64,000 nucleotides of DNA, from the IMG/VR virus record IMGVR_UViG_3300030103_004816; one strand, given 5' to 3'. Under the pieces are notes generated by a model that saw nothing but the letters and a program-made list of their open reading frames with translations, did no database searches and had not been told where the DNA came from. The translations under genes were made by a program, and so were the position numbers. This document shows positions 41,136 to 48,705 of the stretch, piece by piece (within the stretch, counting starts at the first letter, position 1; every line of letters begins with the position of its first letter). This DNA is from a virus.

Positions 41136-42701
41136 TAAAATGCTCCCGCGTTAGCTTTTAAAGTTTCCATTCTGATGTAACTCAAAACCTGATCTTGTTT
41201 CCATTCAGGCTTGGTAAAGTTAATCATCGCTTCATTATGCTCACAAGCTTCGCAGCAAGGGCCATCTAAGTATCTTGATCTGGTAAAACTATTTTCACAG
41301 ACCACATTCGGAAGTAAACAAACAACACAATCCTTCGTATTGCAGCTCTCTTCATTATCACAAAAATGTTTAATCATAATTACCTCCTTTTGATTTGAAT
41401 TAATGTTAAACATAATATTATTATAATAGCATTTCGAATTTATTCAACTGACCTCACCAGCTGATAATCGTGCTTCGAAATCTGTCATCCATTCCCCTAA
41501 GATGGTTCTAGACTGATATTTGTCAAGTCCAAATTCATCTCTAATATAAGGTCCGGCTCCATACATATTGGTCTCACCTGAGTCTCTCAATTCATCTAAA
41601 AATGTATAAATTTGAGATCTCAGCTCGTTACATATACCTGATTCGGTATTCATGCTATTCTCCAACATCGATACGCTCCTTTAAATTTCTTTAAGCCAGT
41701 TTGCTTCCTGACTGTATAAATGGCAGTATTGCCTTCCTTTTTCCAATAGTTAATACAGTTACGTACGTCAATTGATTCAGGGTAAGTTTTAATCAAGAAT
41801 GAATCACCTACCTCCATCTCAGTTATCGCATTGTCATACTGCATCACTTTTGACGCTCTAGGACGCCTAAACTTTCGTTTAGGCAATCCCACTTTTTCAA
41901 GTTTAATTTTCATCAAGCCCTCCCGGCCCTATAGTTATTAAGTTCGAGCTCTTGAACCTGCTCCCAGCCAAAGACTGCACAGATCCATAACTCACCGTCT
42001 TCAGTACGGACATGGTCACCAACCGAAGTTGATCTCAAGCCATACTCTCTACCTTTATGTTTCTTTAAAGGTACGATTCGGATTATTCTTTCGTCATAAT
42101 CCTCATTCACTTCACCACCAGGTAAAGTAGGTCCCATCGACCAGCTACCTTCAATATTGTTGGTAAGCTGAAAGATAGTTTCAAGGTCCATCCTAGTCGA
42201 TTGACCAGTCTCTTCCAAGTCGATAAAAGCAACCTCTTGAGGTTGTTCGCCCTCTTTCAAGAACGTTGAATGTATTAAAGTGTATCTCATTTTTTACTCC
42301 TTATTAATTAAATACAATTTAATTATAGTAGCACTAGAATAAAATTCAACTATTTCTAGGCTTAGGGTCCAGATAAGAAAAATGATTCTCATTTCTCGAT
42401 TCGAGATACTTAAATTCTCTATCCCAATTACAAGCAGCAATCCATTCCTCTCTAGTCTTGAATCCGTTCTTTTCCCATTCCTCTTGCTTGAACTCTAACT
42501 TAAGTTCAAGTTGTTTTATATTATCAAAATCCCAGCTCATTTTAACCTCCCGTTTTTTTGCTCTGAAACTATAATTGAGCTACCAATTGCAAAACCAGCA
42601 CTCCCAATCATTAATAAAATACCAACAGGATGTAATCCCATTGCCAAACTTACAACAGCAAATATACCTGCTGCTATAAGAAACATCTTCGTTCTACTCA
42701 T
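41135..42701 (-). CDS. Cluster of small early-type hypothetical genes (41135-41413, 41444-41668, 41650-41916, 41913-42290 YodL-like, 42346-42540, 42537-42701 membrane protein)
   Basis: Tandem ORFs with GGAG RBSs and TATAAT promoters; RSTSVGD motif in 41913-42290. Confidence 0.6.
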
Positions 42702-42859
42702 GCTCTCCTCCTTAAATAATTGAACATAATATTATTGTAATAACTTTTTAATTATAGTACAACAAAGCGCTTGACCTTATTTCTAAGTGCTATAATATAA
42801 AGGTATGGTTAATGTTACTGCAGAGACAAGAGCCCATTTCAAAAACAGGAGTGTAAGAA

Positions 42860-42958
42860 GTGAAATGGATATACAGAAAGATAAAGGCATTAATAGACAC
42901 AGTTAATTTTTTAATATGGATAATAGGATTCGTAACGTTACTTAATTTACTTGCTTGA
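42860..42958 (+). CDS. Small membrane peptide (32 aa)
   Basis: AGGAGTG RBS, GTG start; MKWIYRKIKALIDTVNFLIWIIGFVTLLNLLA. Confidence 0.5.
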   Translation: MKWIYRKIKALIDTVNFLIWIIGFVTLLNLLA

Positions 42959-42999
42959 CAGTTGCTTTTTAAAAATTAGGATCTATAATACGAGGTATT

Positions 43000-43137
43000 A
43001 TGGAACTATTAGCTATTGGATTTTTAGGTTATGTTTGGTTGAAGACGGTTGCGTTCTTTAATAACTTGTTTGGGTTTGATAAACGCAGACCTTATACTTA
43101 TAAGTACCGAACTTCTAGAAACGAGTGGAAGATTTAG
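43000..43137 (+). CDS. Small peptide (45 aa)
   Basis: TATAAT and GAGGT upstream; MELLAIGFLGYVWLKTVAFFNNLFGFDKRRPYTYKYRTSRNEWKI. Confidence 0.55.
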   Translation: MELLAIGFLGYVWLKTVAFFNNLFGFDKRRPYTYKYRTSRNEWKI

Positions 43138-43186
43138 GGGAAGGGGACTCTGTGCATACTGCCTACCACTCCAGGCAGAGAGTAGA

Positions 43187-43217
43187 GGCGCTACGTCGAC
43201 GGTAGCGCCTTTTTTTT
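43187..43217 (+). terminator. Intrinsic terminator
   Basis: GGCGCTAC-loop-GTAGCGCC followed by a T-run. Confidence 0.85.
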
Positions 43218-43281
43218 GTCTAATTTCCAAAAGCTGCAATATTATTATCTTTTTTAATAAAAATCAACTACTTTAAGAAAC

Positions 43282-43926
43282 AAAAAAAAGCAGACCTTGC
43301 GATCTGCTCTTCCCATCATTTCACTAATAAGGAGGTAATATGATGTTTAAACTAAGTGGCAGGATACTTTTCACCCCTGCCATATTTCACTCTTAAGCTA
43401 TTAAGAGTCGGGATCGGGGTCCGCGCGAAGGTAGGGGTAGTCCAGTTATCGTACGTTCTGGGGTCACCTACTAAGCTACGCTTATATTTTGCCCTCCCGT
43501 TTTAAGGATTCTGAAAGGAACGCTAATTCGGATTCAGATCTTAAAAAACTCAAGGTGGGGCCAACAACCTGACTCAATTGGAATGTAATTGTACGGCCAG
43601 CACGATTGACTTTTTATATCGCGGCTGCATAAGGTGTATCATTAAGATCGCCTCTGCCTGACTCTACCGCTGCTTCCCATACATTTAAGTCGGTTTGACA
43701 CGGTTCAGTGTTCCAATTACAATCCTCACAGATTGCTGCTTAGCTGGATGAAATCTCTACGTTCACAAATTGGTTGATTAAGCCAATCCATTTACTACGA
43801 GGTCCCAGTCGTGGAGATCACCTTTAAGCACTTCCACCGCTATCTTAATTCAATCAAGGTATTTCAACTTTGATCTAGCTAAGTAAGCTCTTCAGCGCGC
43901 GACGTTCATATAGCCCCTGCTAAGTT
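43282..43926 (-). ncRNA. Large (~645 nt) structured non-coding RNA, family unassigned
   Basis: TTGCCA-18-TATAAT promoter (43962-43933); terminator GCAGATC-GCAA-GGTCTGC-T8 (43307-43282); no ORF >=60 aa; raised GC; many local and long-range helices. Confidence 0.75.
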
Positions 43927-44020
43927 AAAACTATTATACGCGCTTTTTAATACAAATGGCAACTACTTTAATGCCCCACAGTCCCTTTTTATTCGGAATA
44001 AGACTAATTCTTATTTAGAA

Positions 44021-44436
44021 AAAAAGTTGCACTTTCCTCAAAAATAATATAATATTGCAGCTTTTTATATAAAATTGAAATAATATTAGAATAAAGTTAT
44101 AATAGAAATATAATTAAAAAGGAGTAAATTATGTTATATTTAAAAATCATTTCAAATCTTATTATCTTATCTATTCTAGATCTTCACACTCATTTCATTA
44201 AACAACAAACTATTCTATTATCTAATTATACAAATCACCCTCTTCTATTTTCTAATAACAATATAGAAGAAGATTACATAATAGGGTTTCAAATTTACTT
44301 AAACATATTATCTAAATTTAAACTATTATAATATTTTAAAAAAAGTTAAAAAAGTAGTTGCATTTTATTTTAAAATATTATAATATTGCAACTTTTTATA
44401 TAAATTTGAAATAATATTAGAATAAAGTTATAATAT
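44021..44436 (+). repeat. Imperfect ~85-bp direct repeat (44021-44105 and ~44352-44436), each copy carrying two tandem promoters
   Basis: AGTTGCA..TAATATTGCA.CTTTTTATATAAA.TTGAAATAATATTAGAATAAAGTTATAATA present twice. Confidence 0.85.
44131..44331 (+). CDS. Hypothetical 66-aa protein, G-depleted coding strand
   Basis: TTGAAA-17-TATAAT promoter, AAGGAG RBS; 8 G in 201 nt. Confidence 0.6.
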   Translation: MLYLKIISNLIILSILDLHTHFIKQQTILLSNYTNHPLLFSNNNIEEDYIIGFQIYLNILSKFKLL

Positions 44437-44457
44437 GGTTTTAATAAGGAGAAAGAT

Positions 44458-44682
44458 ATGAAAATTGTAATTAGTGTTAGTAATGAAAAAGATATGTTAG
44501 GTAGTGTTGAAGAAAATAGTTTGAGAGAAATTGTTTTAAGTGATGATGTTATTAATGAATTTAAAATGAAATTTGAATGTGTTGGTTTTGAAAATAGTTT
44601 AGAAGAATTTATTAGTAATGATATTAAAGATTTATTAAGAATGGAAATTGAGGATGGTAAGTATAATTTATTTAATTATTGA
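44458..44682 (+). CDS. Acidic 74-aa protein, cytosine-free gene
   Basis: TTGAAA-17-TATAAT promoter, TAAGGAG RBS; no C; no P/A/T/Q/H residues. Confidence 0.75.
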   Translation: MKIVISVSNEKDMLGSVEENSLREIVLSDDVINEFKMKFECVGFENSLEEFISNDIKDLLRMEIEDGKYNLFNY

Positions 44683-44734
44683 AATAATAATAAAATAGAG
44701 TTATAATGTTTATATAATTTAAAAGGAGAAAATT

Positions 44735-45079
44735 ATGATAGTATTTGATAAAAGTGGATTTGTAAATTATGTTAGAAATAATGATGAGTTGTATATTGAT
44801 AATGTAAGTGTTGGTGGTGAAAATGATAATTTTGATAATGATATGGAAATTGTTAATAGTAGTTGGGATGGAAATGGAGTGTATTGTATTAAGTATGGTA
44901 GTAGGGGTGAAGTTGATTTTGAAAGAGTTAATTTTAGTGATGAATTAAATGAGTGGGATGAAAATTTAGATAGGGGAGATGAATTTAGATTAATGAGAAA
45001 TGATATTGGTAATAGTTATGTTGATTTAAGTTTTGGTGAAGAAGATATTAGATGTTATTTTATAATTGTGGAGGGGTGA
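44735..45079 (+). CDS. Acidic 114-aa protein, cytosine-free gene
   Basis: TTGAAA-17-TATAAT promoter, AAGGAG RBS; no C; no P/A/T/Q/H residues. Confidence 0.78.
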   Translation: MIVFDKSGFVNYVRNNDELYIDNVSVGGENDNFDNDMEIVNSSWDGNGVYCIKYGSRGEVDFERVNFSDELNEWDENLDRGDEFRLMRNDIGNSYVDLSFGEEDIRCYFIIVEG

Positions 45080-45080
45080 T

Positions 45081-45230
45081 ATGTTTGATTATGTTTTATT
45101 AAGATATAAATTAGGTGAATGTATAGATGTATTGTTTGATGATGATTGTAATATAGATGAAGATAAAAAAGATGAATTAAATAATGAAATACAAAATATT
45201 ATTGATAAATTGGGAGGGGAAATATATTAA
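45081..45230 (+). CDS. Acidic 49-aa protein with a single C
   Basis: GGAGG RBS; MFDYVLLRYKLGECIDVLFDDDCNIDEDKKDELNNEIQNIIDKLGGEIY. Confidence 0.65.
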   Translation: MFDYVLLRYKLGECIDVLFDDDCNIDEDKKDELNNEIQNIIDKLGGEIY

Positions 45231-45561
45231 TATATTTCTTGCACTTTACTTAAAAATAATATAATATTGGGGGAATTTTGTGGTGGGAAAAATAAATGAA
45301 AAAGTAGTTGATTTTTTTGTTGTTTGAATATAATATTGCGAAGTTAAGAATGATTCTTATTTAGATAATTTTATTATATTTTTTTTGAATTTTATTTGAA
45401 TTTTATTCTCCCCCCCAATTTGGTTGAGCGCTCGCTGTCTCCCGGGTGACTGGAAACTTTCGACTCCTGGGAACCGGAGAGTTTCTCTCTGAGGTTCGCT
45501 GACTAAACCCCCGCGGGTTGCAATATTATACTATTTTCGACAAAAGTGCAACTTGAGACAC

Positions 45562-45770
45562 AAAAAAAAGTCTCCTAGAAACGGGAGACTATTGCCCCGT
45601 GAGCATGCAGTGAGAGAGTCTCCTAGCTCATATCATAGGACCAAACCTAATTCGAGAGCGCCAGATGCTCGGGCAATAGTCTCCTCAGAAGTCTCCGCAG
45701 AGTCTCCTAGAAAGTCTCCCGAAAGTACTCTGAGCAGTTTAGCTAGGAGACTTTATAGGAGACTCTCCTA
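45562..45770 (-). ncRNA. ~210-nt small RNA with GGAGAC/GTCTCC repeats
   Basis: TTGCAT-17-TATAAT promoter (45805-45777); terminator AGTCTCC-N8-GGAGACT followed by a T-run; 9 GGAGAC/GTCTCC copies inside. Confidence 0.65.
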
Positions 45771-45807
45771 TACTCTATTATAGCATATTTTCAACCAATA
45801 TGCAACT

Positions 45808-46068
45808 CTAGAGTGTAGTTAGGTCATGCCCATCGACAACGATCTTATCAACGAAGTAATGGTTGCCAAGATGATCCTTAGTAACCGATCCATCCTCATC
45901 GATATCAACATTACAACCCATACGCTCGGCAATAGAGTCAAAGGCCATCTCATTAGCGGCAACACTGCCATTAATAAGAAGCTGACACTCTTTGCCATTA
46001 AGAGGCTCTATGTGTGGTATCGTCGTTGCGATATGCTCTAGTTCTATATAGTGCTTATATTTTTTCAT
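45808..46068 (-). CDS. Hypothetical protein (likely start MKKYKH)
   Basis: TTGCCT..TATAAT promoter just upstream. Confidence 0.55.
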   Translation of the reverse strand: MKKYKHYIELEHIATTIPHIEPLNGKECQLLINGSVAANEMAFDSIAERMGCNVDIDEDGSVTKDHLGNHYFVDKIVVDGHDLTTL

Positions 46069-46297
46069 TCTGTAATTATAGTATCCTGAGCGGAGAAGGC
46101 AACAAAAAACTTCAGAAAAAAAAGTGGCCATTTCTTAGCGAGGGCGCTTAGACCCCCTATCGATCCATATATTCTCCCGTTGTCTACCCGTGTCTCTCCT
46201 ATTAAACCTACCATACTAAGTATCGCCCTCATGTTTATTTTTATTATTATTTCGGAAATATACTAAATTACGCTCTCTGTGGGTCTGCGCGGTTTCG

Positions 46298-46861
46298 TTA
46301 CTCCACGGGATCCACAAAGAATTGTAGTGATCTCCGTACTTTATCACGTTCCCATACCGGTGTACAACCATGAAGTCTAGGTGCGTATAATACTATCGTT
46401 CTATTGTATGTCGGTATGTTTATATCGATACCATCATTATCATTATATACATAGTTCCATGCACCCCAGTCCTTATGCCAATATTGATTCATAAAGAGAG
46501 TTATACCTATATAATGACCTCTATCACTATGAGGTGCAATCCCTCCTAGCTTATCACTATGATGTCTAATTTCATGACCACCGTATATTACCTTATATTT
46601 CTCAGGAAACTCTTGATCTTTATGTTTAATCATATCTATAATACGATCACCTATTTCAATGATACTATCTGTTGGTATATACTGATCTATATAGAAGTGA
46701 CTATGCTTATCAGGCCAATCGGTAGTAGTTTTATGGTTAGATTTATGAAACATACTATCAACATCGTACGTCTCTATATCATCTATAGTATTATCTATTA
46801 TCAGACACTTGCCACAATTCGGTATAGTTACAATGTCTTTGATGTCCTTCTTCTGTTTCAT
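46298..46861 (-). CDS. 2OG-Fe(II) oxygenase (start uncertain)
   Basis: HSD..TLFMN..W...WG..HGCTPV..R.SLQFF; paralog of 39554-40081. Confidence 0.8.
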   Translation of the reverse strand: MKQKKDIKDIVTIPNCGKCLIIDNTIDDIETYDVDSMFHKSNHKTTTDWPDKHSHFYIDQYIPTDSIIEIGDRIIDMIKHKDQEFPEKYKVIYGGHEIRHHSDKLGGIAPHSDRGHYIGITLFMNQYWHKDWGAWNYVYNDNDGIDINIPTYNRTIVLYAPRLHGCTPVWERDKVRRSLQFFVDPVE

Positions 46862-47260
46862 ATATGAATTGCATACCTAATAGTTCTATGACTTTACCTG
46901 TATTCTCTCTTCTAAATGCAGGTTCTTTATGTGTTATTATATCTCCAATATTAGGTTTCTTAACCTTCATGGTTTTCTATAATAGCTCTAAGCATTTCCA
47001 TGATCTCTTGTACCGTATCGAGGTCTGTAGTACTCTCGGTATCTATCTCTGCTTCTATCTTTATTTTCATGATTTCTCCCATGACTTAATAGTACTTAAC
47101 TCTATATCTACGTATGGTCCTTGTTTAGTCTTAACTACTATCTTCTGTCCTGATTGTTTCTTTATAGGAACGTCTTGTAACGTTACCTGTTCTGTATGTA
47201 TTTTTGACGATGTTAATGATTGGAACGTAATATTAACGTATCCCGCCCTTAATAACTGCT

Positions 47261-47533
47261 CTAATTCTTTATCGATTTTAATTTCTCTTGGTCTGGATGG
47301 TAAGAATCTAAGTACTTCGCTTCTCTCTGCGGCGGCGGATGCCCTGCGGTCATATGATTAAATAACCACATCTTTCTGATTGTTGCCAGTACAAAGAATA
47401 TAAGTGTACATAATGTTGCAAATACTAGAGGGTTAGCATCGTTGAGTAGTACGAAGAGTATATAGTTAGCCGGAAAGTTTATAGCTGTTCCTATAGCTGT
47501 ATCGTACATTGAGAACTTAAACCCCTGGTTCAT
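47261..47533 (-). CDS. Small membrane protein
   Basis: DTAIGTAINFPANY..TIRK; two TM segments. Confidence 0.55.
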   Translation of the reverse strand: MNQGFKFSMYDTAIGTAINFPANYILFVLLNDANPLVFATLCTLIFFVLATIRKMWLFNHMTAGHPPPQREAKYLDSYHPDQEKLKSIKN

Positions 47534-47837
47534 AAGTAACTCCGTATACGCCTCTCATGCTATGCTTAGTATCTAATGTCTTCTTATTGGTATTATCATA
47601 CTTCTCATTGAGTCTAGGTAGATACTTATCTATAACTCTATCTTCGTATTGTAATACTTCTAGTTCAGTTCTCATAGCAGGGTATATTAGCCATTCGAAT
47701 TTGAATGCATTAGGCTCTTCTTCTAATGCTTTTCTGAACTTAGTCATAGTATAACCTAACTCTCGTGCCCCTCTATGGTTCATCTCAAGCTTAGTTAAAC
47801 CACATTGAGTGCTTCCTACATAAACTATATCTCTCAT
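47517..47837 (-). CDS. GIY-YIG-like nuclease domain protein
   Basis: VYVGST..H..E...I....P.LN. Confidence 0.55.
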   Translation of the reverse strand: MRDIVYVGSTQCGLTKLEMNHRGARELGYTMTKFRKALEEEPNAFKFEWLIYPAMRTELEVLQYEDRVIDKYLPRLNEKYDNTNKKTLDTKHSMRGVYGVTYEPGV

Positions 47838-48076
47838 CTTCTTCTATATACCTGTTCAGATCTTAGTTGCTTTGCAAGTCTCTTGATAGCTTCTGCTTTC
47901 TTTCTCTTACGCTTCGCTGTAGGTTTCTCGTAAAACTCTCTCTTTCTACATTCTTGAATAACACCTGATCTTTCGGTCTTCTTCTTGAATTGACGCATAA
48001 GCATATCAAACGTAGGTTCTCTTCTCTGCCTATTTTTATTAAAGTTCCTATTGAACTTCTGTCTTGGTTTTCTCAT
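47834..48076 (-). CDS. rpsU: Ribosomal protein bS21
   Basis: F...MRQFKKK.ERSG...E.RKREFYEKPTAKRKRKKAEAIKR. Confidence 0.9.
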   Translation of the reverse strand: MRKPRQKFNRNFNKNRQRREPTFDMLMRQFKKKTERSGVIQECRKREFYEKPTAKRKRKKAEAIKRLAKQLRSEQVYRRR

Positions 48077-48542
48077 AATCTATAAAATTTAAGTTAAATA
48101 ATGAATATCTAAAGATATCCTGCCAATAAGTATCTGGTCCTTCATGATATATTGAATCCTTGAAGTATAGATCCTCAACCTTTATTATAGTACCTACGTC
48201 CATGAAAGTCAAGTGTAATCCAGTCTTAGATAGTCTTTCATACAACTCATAGTCGTTTATAACTAGCACTTTAACACTCTTATCTACAATCTCAAGCTCT
48301 TGCATTAGCTCATCGTTGTATCTATCATCTCTAGTTAGTACTATGCCTTGAACAGGCTTATAATAGGTTCTTTGTATTGATGGGTGCTTATATAGATCTT
48401 TCTCTATATTATATACACCAGGTATTCTATTAGGATACATAGGATCTTTCATGAATACTTTATTATGAGGAGTTAAGCATTGCCATATATGATAGCCCAT
48501 AGGATCACATACACCATAAACGATTAAGTTCTGTTTATTCAT
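48048..48542 (-). CDS. Hypothetical protein (possibly degenerate Rossmann fold)
   Basis: Packed ORF in the sugar-modification cluster. Confidence 0.5.
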   Translation of the reverse strand: MNKQNLIVYGVCDPMGYHIWQCLTPHNKVFMKDPMYPNRIPGVYNIEKDLYKHPSIQRTYYKPVQGIVLTRDDRYNDELMQELEIVDKSVKVLVINDYELYERLSKTGLHLTFMDVGTIIKVEDLYFKDSIYHEGPDTYWQDIFRYSLFNLNFIDYEKTKTEVQ

Positions 48543-48705
48543 ACTATATGATCTTCTCTGCCCTTGTCTGCTGTATATTTCTTGCCAGTCCTTCTTCCAT
48601 AGTAAGGTTCTTTCTCTATACCTTTAGTACCTGTCTTAGCCATTACTAATAGCATTATACATAAGAGACTAGATATCAATACGAAAGTTATTATCATAGC
48701 ATCCA

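Noticed and set aside
43024-43276. 71-aa (-) and 75-aa (+) ORFs in the track
   Set aside because: They cross a terminator and lack RBSs; the 45-aa ORF at 43000-43137 is better supported.
43282-43926. tmRNA, RNase P or group I/II intron identity for the large RNA
   Set aside because: GGGGCT occurs near the 5' end, but there is no T-loop/CCA end or tag ORF, no GAGGAAAGUCC, no complete domain V and no interrupted host gene.
44393-45191. C-free tract as low-complexity junk or a conversion artefact
   Set aside because: The sequence is non-repetitive, has intact promoters, RBSs and ORFs, and its flanks retain C. Blanket C-to-T conversion would create stops from CAA/CAG/CGA. Read-level confirmation is still advisable.
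45553-45783. 76-aa + strand ORF, and the GTCTCC repeats as a CRISPR array
   Set aside because: The ORF has no RBS and simply reads through the repeats. The repeats are 6-9 nt, in both orientations, with no 30-40 nt spacers.
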